Shown here one piece after another: positions 18,382-27,231 of a stretch of 60,364 nt of DNA (the stretch's first letter is position 1; every line of letters begins with the position of its first letter). This DNA is from Desulfobacterales bacterium. Its GTDB lineage: Bacteria > Desulfobacterota > Desulfobacteria > Desulfobacterales > UBA5616. The stretch lies in NCBI GenBank assembly GCA_046483495.1, contig JAWODC010000051.1, forward strand, positions 1-60,364. The letters run 5' to 3'. The translations under genes and the position numbers were made by a program. Under the pieces are notes generated by a model. The model was given only the letters and a program-made list of their open reading frames with translations. It was not told the DNA's origin and did no database searches.

Positions 18382-19941
18382 TTACAAATCGACTCCGGCC
18401 ATCCCACGCAGGTGCGGCTTCCAGATCACCTCGTACAATTCCTTACGCCGGCTCTGCAGATTTTGTACACTTCCGTGCTGTCGCAGTTCTTTCAACAGAT
18501 CGAGATCCAGATCCACCATGAGGGTCATCTCTGTATTGGGTGTGGCTTCCGCGGCAATGGCGTCGTGGGGAAATGCAAAATCCGAGGGCGTGAAGATGGC
18601 TGACTGAGAATACTGGATATCCATATTCTCCACTTTCGGCAAATTGCCGACACTGCCTGAAATCGCCACGTAGCACTCATTTTCGATAGCGCGGGCCTGG
18701 GAGCAGCGTCTGACCCGCAAGTATGAGTTCTTGGTGTCGGTCAAAAATGGAACCAGAAGGAGCGTCATCCCCTTGTCCACAAGATGCCTCGAGAGTTCCG
18801 GAAACTCCACGTCATAACAGATGAGGATGCCGATTTTGCCGATATCGGTATCGAATATGCTGATATCATCACCACCCGTAAATCCCCAGTACTGGGCTTC
18901 GTCCGGAGTTATGTGTAGCTTGCTCTGGGAATCGGAGGTCCCGTCACGGCGACAAAGGAAAGAGACATTGTAAAGTAAATCCCCCTTTAGCTCGGGTACG
19001 CTCCCGGTCACGATATTGATATTATAGCTGATTGCCATATTTACAAAGGCCTTGCGGATATCCTCGGTGTATTGTGCGAGCGAGCGCATGGCTTCGGCCG
19101 GGTTTTCCTGGTTGAAAATCTTGAGCAGGGGAGCATTCAGAAGTTCCGGAAACAATACCAGGTCGGAATTATAGCCGGCAACAGCGTCCACGAAAAATTC
19201 CGCTTGATGCAAAAAGTCATCTACGTCGGCAAAAGGGCGCATCTGCCACTGGACGACTCCGATACGCGGAAAGGATTTTCTGCCGCCAAACAATTGTTGG
19301 CGTTTTTCGTAATAGATGTTGTTCCACTCCATTAAAACGCCGTAGGAATTGGACTTGGTATCTTCCGGTATGTAATTCTTCATCACTTTTTTAATGTGAA
19401 AATCATTTGCAAGCTGGAAAGTCAGCACGGAATCATAGATCTCGTTGGCTTTGACCTTTTGGATATATTCCGATGGTGACATGGCGTCAGCGTATTCGCT
19501 GTAGCCGGGAATCCGTCCACCGAATATAATTCCCTTCAAATTCAGCTTTTCACAAAGCTCCTTTCGCGCGTCATACAACCGTCTGCCTAATCGCAGGCCT
19601 CGATAATCCGGATCTACGAAAACATCCACGCCGTACAATGCGTTTCCATCGGGATCATGGCCTGTCATGCGTCCCTTATCCACCAGATCCTCGTAAGTAT
19701 GCCGGTTCTCGAACTCCTCGTCATTGACCAATATCGAAAGGGCGGCGGCAACAACCACGCCGTTGTCCTCAATACAGATTTGACCTTCCGGGAAATTGTC
19801 TATCAAAACGTCATATTCATGCGGTCTCCAGGCCCCGCCTAATTCCGCGTACACTTTATCCATGATCCGTTTGATGTGGGGGTAATCTTCATGCGATAAC
19901 CCGCGAATAATTAATTTATGATTTATCTGATTTTCATCCAT
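18382..19941 (-). CDS. Bifunctional GNAT N-acetyltransferase / carbon-nitrogen hydrolase (nitrilase family)
   Basis: GNAT motif VFVDPDYRGLRLGRRLY; nitrilase triad contexts LFPEL, KLHITP and ICYDVEFPE. Confidence 0.92.
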   Translation of the reverse strand: MDENQINHKLIIRGLSHEDYPHIKRIMDKVYAELGGAWRPHEYDVLIDNFPEGQICIEDNGVVVAAALSILVNDEEFENRHTYEDLVDKGRMTGHDPDGNALYGVDVFVDPDYRGLRLGRRLYDARKELCEKLNLKGIIFGGRIPGYSEYADAMSPSEYIQKVKANEIYDSVLTFQLANDFHIKKVMKNYIPEDTKSNSYGVLMEWNNIYYEKRQQLFGGRKSFPRIGVVQWQMRPFADVDDFLHQAEFFVDAVAGYNSDLVLFPELLNAPLLKIFNQENPAEAMRSLAQYTEDIRKAFVNMAISYNINIVTGSVPELKGDLLYNVSFLCRRDGTSDSQSKLHITPDEAQYWGFTGGDDISIFDTDIGKIGILICYDVEFPELSRHLVDKGMTLLLVPFLTDTKNSYLRVRRCSQARAIENECYVAISGSVGNLPKVENMDIQYSQSAIFTPSDFAFPHDAIAAEATPNTEMTLMVDLDLDLLKELRQHGSVQNLQSRRKELYEVIWKPHLRGMAGVDL

Positions 19942-20127
19942 GCAGCTATACCTTTGTATATAATTCCACGCGAAGCCGGACCATCGCCAGGTCCAACCTA
20001 ACCGTCCGGTTGGCCCTTTTGCCGGTCCAGTTCGACTAGTTTGACTTGAGCGAACTCAGCGCGAGCCGACGCATCCACCGGTCGACCCTTTTCCCTGCAC
20101 CAAATGTTAATGCTTTGTGCCGCTGAT

Positions 20128-20151
20128 AAAAGCCGTTGCAATCGCAACGGC
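20128..20151 (-). terminator. Third copy of the tRNA-Pro terminator hairpin
   Basis: AAAAGCCGTTGCAATCGCAACGGC, the same stem-loop as at 40182-40207 and ~20477-20502. Confidence 0.65.
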
Positions 20152-20435
20152 CTCTTTCATGTGCAAACCGAAATTAACGCCAACGAATATGCCTTTTGTC
20201 TTTTCCTGCAAAATTACCAAAGTGTATCCAATGGTACAATAAAAAATAAAAAAGCCGGGGTTTATGGCAGATCGGACCGGGCCGTTCTCCGACGAGAAAA
20301 GCGATACGGGCGCGACGAGGGACACGGGATCGGGCTTCGCTTGTCCGGCGCCGGCAAGTGGCCTTATCGGCTTAGACAGCTATCGTCCCCAATGATGTTT
20401 TATAATTCAGGTGTTGGGTCCACTTTTCGTGTCCA

Positions 20436-20533
20436 AATAACTTGTCTTGAAAGCTATCCGGCCCCCAGAAACGCAGAAAGCCCTTGCAATCGCAACGGCT
20501 TTTTTTTTATTAAGACAGTGGTCGGGGCGAGAG
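20436..20533 (-). repeat. Distal att site (direct repeat of the tRNA-Pro 3' end plus terminator)
   Basis: 98 bp matching 40141-40237 with 2 substitutions and one extra T; includes the last 15 nt of the tRNA (TGGTCGGGGCGAGAG). Confidence 0.92.
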
Positions 20534-20686
20534 AGTGACCTGAGCCGACTCTTGCCGATATTGTACCATATGGCTCATCAAACTTTTGTCCGGTGTGTCA
20601 ATCGTGACATGGGCTTCTTGTGATGACAAGAGGGCATATCTGAAATTTTTTGCCGAGGCGGGTGGTCCCATTTGCCAATTTCGACT

Positions 20687-20702
20687 TGGCGCCCATTTTG
20701 CA
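20687..20702 (+). promoter_or_regulatory. Putative sigma54 (-24/-12) promoter
   Basis: TGGCGC-CCATT-TTGCA (GG-N10-GC); followed by TTGACA-N17-TAAATA at 20714-20742. Confidence 0.5.
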
Positions 20703-21297
20703 AATTAAATGTATTGACAAATTAATTCTGCCAATTTAAATAGAAATAAACCTTTAAGCACTTCCTCTGATTTTTACTAATCCTCAACCTGCAGCGTTTT
20801 TCCGAAATCTTAAATAATAAACGTCATGGCTCTTTTCACATGGTTTCTGCTTGAATTGGATGATTTTCCCAATCTTCGCAAGGGGCCGCATTTTTATCAT
20901 CGAAATGCGGGAGTATGCCTGTAACAAAACTTGTGCTCCTTTTGTACCACTATTTTTTTATGCCAAAGATTGTGATCAACTCAACCATATAGCTTTAGAC
21001 CGCTTTTTAAGGCTGAACACCCGTAAGTCCGATCCGAAGCTGCTGAATTCGAACCAGGATGGTCGACATTCCTAGAAAAGGTGGGTAAACCGTGCAACCC
21101 CGGCTAACTCAAGAAAAAAGGCACGATATGTATCCGACAGATCAGATATGCTATGGAACTGCCGCCTCACGGTAAACAGTTATATGAACATAGAAAGCGG
21201 GGTGAGGAATACGAAAAAGTAACTTTTTTAAAGCTCACGCATTTATGCCATGCAAGCTTATAATGAACATTTATTCTTAAGGGAGAGGAGAGATTAT

Positions 21298-22977
21298 ATG
21301 TTGAAAAACAAGTATGCATACAACTGGAAGGTTCTGATCTGCTTGTCCGTTTTTCTTGTGATATTTACCTCCATGCCCTCTCGATCGAACGCCGACAACT
21401 TGAGGTTCGGTACATGGACGATAGACGGTTTCTTGAGAAACAACACCGGAATCTGGACGGAAAACTGGGATTACAGCGAAAACAATGACCCCTTGGCTAC
21501 CTTTAGAAACTGGTTCAGAGTCAACTTGAACGGCGAGTTTACCGAAAATTTGAAGCTGAAAGCCGAGGTATTGGCGGTATACGAAAGTGAGTACCATCGC
21601 GAAAAGGGCGCTGGCATTCCAGCCAATCACTACAATCAATTGGATTTCCGCGAATTGCGGTTGAGCTGGCAGCCGACCCCGTTTCACAGCATCAGAATAG
21701 GCAAGCAGATCGTCAATTGGGGGGAATCGATCAGTGCAAGAGTCGGCGATGTCATCAATCCCCTGGATGCCCGGTTCGAGCTGGGGTTCACGAATCTGGA
21801 AGATACGCGAATGCCTATCTGGATGGTTCGCGGAATCCATGAATTCATCTCCATAAGAAGCTCTTTAGACTGGATTTACAGCCCTTACTGGCAGCCTGAC
21901 CGATATCGCGTCAATCGAAGGGAATCCTCGTTCGGAAATGTGAACTCCGACGGTTCCTTTACCCCGATAGCCCGTTTTGCAGCGTATCCGGAAACGCGGT
22001 ACGAATCGCAATTGGGTACTCAAAACGCGGTGATCTCCCTGCCCTTTGGCCATCCCTCGTATCCTTTTCCAGACGATCTGGGAACCCTGGTCGTACCGGG
22101 CCCGCTGTTCGGGGCACCGTTGGAAACGGCTTATATCGGCCCATTTCCGGCTGCAGAGGCCACAACCATTTTCGGGCCCGCCTTCGCCGGAACACCCTAC
22201 CCGGATCTTGGCCTGTATCTGGCGCGAATTCCGAACATAACCTATGACTACCCCGATTCTTCACTTGAGGACGCCCGTTATGGTTTCAAGACCTCGTCCA
22301 CTTTTTACGGATGGCAAACCGGCGTTTATTTCTGGCGTGCGAATGAACTCGATCCGACGATTCGAATCGAGGGCGGGCTTCAACCTCCCGGTGCCGTGAC
22401 GAATTACGTGATTCAATACCCCCGGCAAAATGTATACGGATTGTACGGCAACAAAAATTTCGACTTTGGGGTTGTTCGGGTGGATGCGGCTTACCGACCG
22501 GACAGGGAATACAATTCACTCGACTATGTGAAATATCCGGAAGGCATCGCTGAAAAGAACAACTTGCTGGTTCAACTCGGACTTAACAAGGACATGATGA
22601 TTCCCTCGTTAAACCAGCACCAGGTCTTTTCATTTATCTTGGAATATGTCGGGGAATTCATACTCGATTCCACCGATCGTGTGGTGCTGCCGACCACGTT
22701 TATCCGCCGGTACAAAGATGAACACACGATTTTCGCCTCGGGCAGCACAAACTATGGATTCGGCATGTACACCATCGGCTTGACCGCGATTTACAATTTT
22801 CGGAACACCGGTCTGGTCAAACCGTCCTTTGCCTATAACCCCGATTGGATGAACAGAAGCTGGCGATTCGAATTGACCTACACCAACCTGTTCGGAAAGG
22901 ACGATTACGTTTACCCCTACGGGCTTTTCAGGGAAAAAGACATGATTGTCCTGACGACTCAGTACTCCTTCCCTTGA
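21298..22977 (+). CDS. DUF1302-like outer membrane beta-barrel protein
   Basis: Signal peptide, LRELR..IRIGKQIVNWGES..DVINPLD motif, aromatic C-terminus (TTQYSFP), RBS GAGGAG; adjacent to a DUF1329-like gene. Confidence 0.78.
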   Translation: MLKNKYAYNWKVLICLSVFLVIFTSMPSRSNADNLRFGTWTIDGFLRNNTGIWTENWDYSENNDPLATFRNWFRVNLNGEFTENLKLKAEVLAVYESEYHREKGAGIPANHYNQLDFRELRLSWQPTPFHSIRIGKQIVNWGESISARVGDVINPLDARFELGFTNLEDTRMPIWMVRGIHEFISIRSSLDWIYSPYWQPDRYRVNRRESSFGNVNSDGSFTPIARFAAYPETRYESQLGTQNAVISLPFGHPSYPFPDDLGTLVVPGPLFGAPLETAYIGPFPAAEATTIFGPAFAGTPYPDLGLYLARIPNITYDYPDSSLEDARYGFKTSSTFYGWQTGVYFWRANELDPTIRIEGGLQPPGAVTNYVIQYPRQNVYGLYGNKNFDFGVVRVDAAYRPDREYNSLDYVKYPEGIAEKNNLLVQLGLNKDMMIPSLNQHQVFSFILEYVGEFILDSTDRVVLPTTFIRRYKDEHTIFASGSTNYGFGMYTIGLTAIYNFRNTGLVKPSFAYNPDWMNRSWRFELTYTNLFGKDDYVYPYGLFREKDMIVLTTQYSFP

Positions 22978-23056
22978 CGGTCTTATGGCTTTCTTTGGCC
23001 GGGGCCGTGAGTACCCGGACTTATTCCACCCTTTTTATCATTGAAAGGATGTCGAT

Positions 23057-24292
23057 ATGATGAAAAATGTAATGATGAAACGCTTTTTTTTCCTAGTCAT
23101 TCTGCTTGCGGTGTGGATCCATGGCGGATCGAGTGTGATCTGTGCAAGCGAACCGAAGCCTGGAGACGTCATTTCTTCGAGCAATATCGATCAGTACGAG
23201 GATTATTTTCCCCCGTACATTGCACGATTCATCAAAGATGGATGGGGATTTGTCAAACCGGTGACCATCCACGTCGGAGAACCGAAATTGCTTCCCACCG
23301 GAAAGGTCTTCAAAAAAGCTACGGAACAAAATGCCGGAAAAGTCAAATTGAGCCCTGACGGGCTGCTGGAGGGTTATCCGGATCTCGGCCTCCCGTTTCC
23401 GGATCCAAAAGAGCCGGACCTGGCGCTGAAGATCATCTGGAACAGGTATTATGCATGGTTTGTGGATGACTGGAGCATGCCCGGCGGGACATACCACACT
23501 TTTTCGCAGCGGTCGGGAGGTCCTGTTGCCCATGCGCAGGCCAGTTATGACTGCCTTCGATTTTCAAACCGGACTATGGTTCCGCCGGTTCCTGAACTCG
23601 ACAATCCAAACCAACTTTTCTGGTCCACGCTTCTGGACTCCGAAACACCGCCCAATAGGGGGATGGCAACCCTGACCTGGCGCTACAAAGACCCGGTAAA
23701 AGAGGATGACATGTGGACCTACATTCCAACGATGAGACGGACCTTGAGAATGGTCTCCTCTGAAAGGGCCAACCCCATCCGCGGAACCCCATTGACATGG
23801 GACGATATCTTCGGTTTCGACGGCAAAATTCCGAATTTCAATTACGCGTATGTCGGAGAGAAGAAGACGCTTGTGCTGTCGAATCATCAGCGATGGGTCC
23901 ACGATCTGCCCGGAAAAGAATGGAACCACCCGATTGTTTTCGGTCCGGAAGAGCCCTGGGAGCTCAAAAATACCTATCTAATTGAAATAACCCCTAAAGA
24001 TCCAAGATATCCCATGTCCAAGCGGGTGGTGTGGGTGATCGATGAAAACTGGAAAATCAACAACGCCGCGATTTACGACAAAAACGGCGAGTTCTGGAAG
24101 GGGTACTTCCAATCACAAAAACACACGGTGGTGGATGCCGGTGATGGAAAGGAAAATTACGCTTTTACCATGTCCCTGGGCATAACCGATTTTAAAACAC
24201 AGTACTGGACACTGGGCATGTTCGATTCGCTTCTGTTAAATCGTGGTTTACAAACAGGCATGTTCACCCCGACAGCTTTAGGTCGGGATTAG
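23057..24292 (+). CDS. DUF1329-like periplasmic (LolA-fold-like) protein
   Basis: Signal peptide; I...NIDQY, GLPFPDP, W.YIPTMRRTLR, YPMSKRV and YDKNGEFWK motifs. Confidence 0.8.
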   Translation: MMKNVMMKRFFFLVILLAVWIHGGSSVICASEPKPGDVISSSNIDQYEDYFPPYIARFIKDGWGFVKPVTIHVGEPKLLPTGKVFKKATEQNAGKVKLSPDGLLEGYPDLGLPFPDPKEPDLALKIIWNRYYAWFVDDWSMPGGTYHTFSQRSGGPVAHAQASYDCLRFSNRTMVPPVPELDNPNQLFWSTLLDSETPPNRGMATLTWRYKDPVKEDDMWTYIPTMRRTLRMVSSERANPIRGTPLTWDDIFGFDGKIPNFNYAYVGEKKTLVLSNHQRWVHDLPGKEWNHPIVFGPEEPWELKNTYLIEITPKDPRYPMSKRVVWVIDENWKINNAAIYDKNGEFWKGYFQSQKHTVVDAGDGKENYAFTMSLGITDFKTQYWTLGMFDSLLLNRGLQTGMFTPTALGRD

Positions 24293-24423
24293 TCCTTTAC
24301 CGAGATTTCCCGGGCAAAAGAGTATTGCATGAAGTTTGTTTTCGACAAGGGTCGAGTTGGAGCGGATGACAGCTGTTATTCCATTCCCATTTCCGAGTAA
24401 ATGTCTATTCATGACAAGCTGCT

Positions 24424-25299
24424 CTATTTCCCGTAGCGTGGATTTCGTTGCCTGAAAAAGAAAGCTTCAGCGTTCTGGTAGAGGTATCTGTCAAGGACGC
24501 CTTCCCGGAAATCCAACTTCTGTGCCTCCTTAATACATCGATCCGGCATTAGAATGGGCAGGTCCGATGCAAACATAATTCTGTCCTGACCTCGGGTGTT
24601 CATGTAATGAATTAGCTGAGGCGGCAAATATTTGGGCAAGTAGGCCGATGTCATCAGTCGAAGGTTTTTATATTTGATCATCAGCCGAATGGCCCAATCC
24701 CACCAGGGATCCGCCCCATGTGCCATACAGATGCGAAGATCCGGAAACCGAAGGCAGACCTTGTCCAGATGCATGGGATTCTGGCATTCACCAGGCATTG
24801 GAGGCCCGGGAATTCCCGTGTTGATTGAAATGGGGAGGTCCAGTTCCACGCATTTGGTATACAGAGGGTAATACACGGCATCGCTTGGCGGCATATCATA
24901 GAAAAATGGAACCACCCGTGCCATGACCACCGGGAACTCATTCACCAGACCTTCCAATGCCCAGAGTTCCTTCATCATTCCCAACGGATTTACCTCCGCC
25001 GACAGGACGAATCGATCCGGCCGCTGCCTGACAAAATCGAGCACAAACTCCGACGGACGGGCTGCGTAGGTATTGAGCACCCCTTTTACCACACCGGCAT
25101 CGTCCATGATAGCGACAAGCTCATTGACGCTATACGTTTTAAAAAATTCGTCACCAACGTGAAAAGTGTCCTCTTTCACACGGATCAGCCAGTCGGGGAT
25201 TTCACCGGAGACTGGATCGAAAACGTGCTCAAGATTAATCCATAGATCAATGGCACGTACACGCTTGAATTCGTCATTTCCTTTATTGATATTATTCAT
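24424..25299 (-). CDS. Amidohydrolase-2 family protein
   Basis: YYPLYTKCVELDLP, MAHGADPW and MFASDLP motifs. Confidence 0.85.
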   Translation of the reverse strand: MNNINKGNDEFKRVRAIDLWINLEHVFDPVSGEIPDWLIRVKEDTFHVGDEFFKTYSVNELVAIMDDAGVVKGVLNTYAARPSEFVLDFVRQRPDRFVLSAEVNPLGMMKELWALEGLVNEFPVVMARVVPFFYDMPPSDAVYYPLYTKCVELDLPISINTGIPGPPMPGECQNPMHLDKVCLRFPDLRICMAHGADPWWDWAIRLMIKYKNLRLMTSAYLPKYLPPQLIHYMNTRGQDRIMFASDLPILMPDRCIKEAQKLDFREGVLDRYLYQNAEAFFFRQRNPRYGK

Positions 25300-25904
25300 A
25301 ACAAGTCCTCTTCTATCGGCATATCATATTCGACTGGGGCACAGGGGGTTCCGCCCACTGCTGAAAAACCCGTTTTCATCTGCAAGATCGTAGTAAATGG
25401 CCGATCGATAAAACGGTTTACTATTTCAAAATTACCAATTTTATACGGCCTAAAAATATGGACATGTTTTTACTCCCCTATTGTCGTATTGAATCTGCGC
25501 ATAATGCCGTCAGACGCACTTGCCAAACCCAAACTCCGGGCCAGGCCAAAAAAAGCAACCCCTTGACTATCAAAAGTATAGCCCTTTAAAACTCCAAAAG
25601 CAAATTGATTTCGAAGTGCTTGCAGCGGGCGATAGATGTATTGGAGGGAGGTCTCCAGAAGAGGATTTTCCGCGTGCTGACTGAACTCGGGCACCGCCGT
25701 TGTGATTGGTTGTCATACTTTCCGCAAATTTTTAATCAAATCGGATGTAAACTATCGGGCTATTGGAGGTCCAACTTGACAGGCATATGAAGGATAGGAT
25801 ATCTAAATTCTAAATGCGATTCTTACCTCTTCTCTTTCAATCCGCATTCTACATATGGGAATCCGATTTTCTCAATGTGGTAAAATCGATATAGGGGGAT
25901 ACAG

Positions 25905-26666
25905 ATGCCGGACTTTCAAACACTTGCGTATGAAAAAAAAGGCAATATCGGAATACTGCAGCTCAATCGCCCAGAAATCCTGAATGCCGTCAACCGAAAA
26001 ATGCTGGAGGAACTGGAAATATTTCTGGATAAAAGACACCGTGATCCTGACACACGGGTCCTGATTATCCACGGAGCCGGGGAAAAGGGGTTTTGCAGTG
26101 GCGTTGACATCAAAGAGAATTCGCCGCAAGGAAATGAAAAAGGATTAACCCAACTTTATAATATGCAAATCCGCTTCTCAGGCCTCAACCTTAAAATGAG
26201 GAAAATCCCCCAGCCCATCATCGCCGCCGTTCATGGATTTGCTGTCGGTGCAGGTTTTGGGTTTTTCCTGGCCAGTGATATCCGGGTTGTCACCGAGGAC
26301 GTTCGCCTCATCGCCCCGTTTTTGAAACTCGGACTCAGCGGCGTTGACGAAGGTTGCAGCTATTTTCTGCCGCGATTGATAGGGGCAGGAAGATCCAGCG
26401 AGTTTTTATTTACCGGGGATCCCATTGACGCAAAAACCGCCATGGAATTGGGGTTGGTGAGCAGGGTGGTTTCCAAAGAAAAATTGATGGATACCGCAGA
26501 AGAGCTTGCTGAAAAGATTGCAAAACACGATTCCGTGCACCTACGTTTGACCAAAGAGGCGATCAACACCAATCTTGATGCCCCGGGGCTTGAGGCCGCA
26601 CTTAAGATCGAGGACAGGAACCAGGTGCTCTGTGCCCTCAATCACATTACACTTGGAAAAATGTAA
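25905..26666 (+). CDS. Enoyl-CoA hydratase/isomerase family protein (atypical catalytic residues)
   Basis: LNRPEILNAV, FCSGVDI and HGFAVGAG motifs; both canonical Glu positions are replaced, and an acidic GVDEG segment is present. Confidence 0.88.
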   Translation: MPDFQTLAYEKKGNIGILQLNRPEILNAVNRKMLEELEIFLDKRHRDPDTRVLIIHGAGEKGFCSGVDIKENSPQGNEKGLTQLYNMQIRFSGLNLKMRKIPQPIIAAVHGFAVGAGFGFFLASDIRVVTEDVRLIAPFLKLGLSGVDEGCSYFLPRLIGAGRSSEFLFTGDPIDAKTAMELGLVSRVVSKEKLMDTAEELAEKIAKHDSVHLRLTKEAINTNLDAPGLEAALKIEDRNQVLCALNHITLGKM

Positions 26667-26691
26667 GTTTTTGTTCATTTTGAGGAATGGA

Positions 26692-27231
26692 ATGATGCAT
26701 GAACATAATGGCAACAAGACATCACCTCCGCCCAAGGACCATGGAAACGTTAAAGGGCCGGAGAAAAGGCCCATCAGATCCGGTGTGATTGTGTGGGATA
26801 AAAACGTTTGCACCGGATGCGAGATATGCGAGATGATGTGCGCGCTTTATCATGACGGTGTGACCGGGAAAGCTTTTTCCCGCCTGAATGTTGTCGAATA
26901 TCATTTTGCCGAACATTTTGAGCTCAACTCTTGCAGGCAGTGTCTTTATCCTGCCTGCTATTATGCCTGCCCTTTGAAGGACAAGGCCTTGTGTGTTGAT
27001 GCCGAGACCGGGGCCAGGTATATTGACGGCGAGGAGTGCATCGGTTGTAAAAGTTGCTTGAAAGCGTGCCCCTTCGATCCCTCTTGCACTAAATTCAACA
27101 CGGAAAAAAAAGTATCCTTCAAATGCGATTTGTGCAAAGACAGGGTTGGGGGGCCCATTTGTGTCGAATACTGCCTGCATAATGCATTAAAATACAGACC
27201 GAAGAACGAGAATGAGAAACAGAATGCCTAA
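26692..27231 (+). CDS. 4x[4Fe-4S] electron-transfer subunit (DmsB/AorA-like)
   Basis: CTGCEICEMMC, CRQCLYPACYYACP, CIGCKSCLKACP and KCDLC....P.CVEYC motifs. Confidence 0.9.
   Translation: MMHEHNGNKTSPPPKDHGNVKGPEKRPIRSGVIVWDKNVCTGCEICEMMCALYHDGVTGKAFSRLNVVEYHFAEHFELNSCRQCLYPACYYACPLKDKALCVDAETGARYIDGEECIGCKSCLKACPFDPSCTKFNTEKKVSFKCDLCKDRVGGPICVEYCLHNALKYRPKNENEKQNA

Noticed and set aside
20104..20538. 144-aa ORF sharing a peptide with the ORF at 40076-40390
   Set aside because: The shared peptide is just translation of the att direct repeat; neither ORF looks like a protein.
25358..25790. CTGCTGAAAAA resembling an IS end, plus short ORFs in this spacer
   Set aside because: No matching inverted end, target duplication or transposase-like sequence found.
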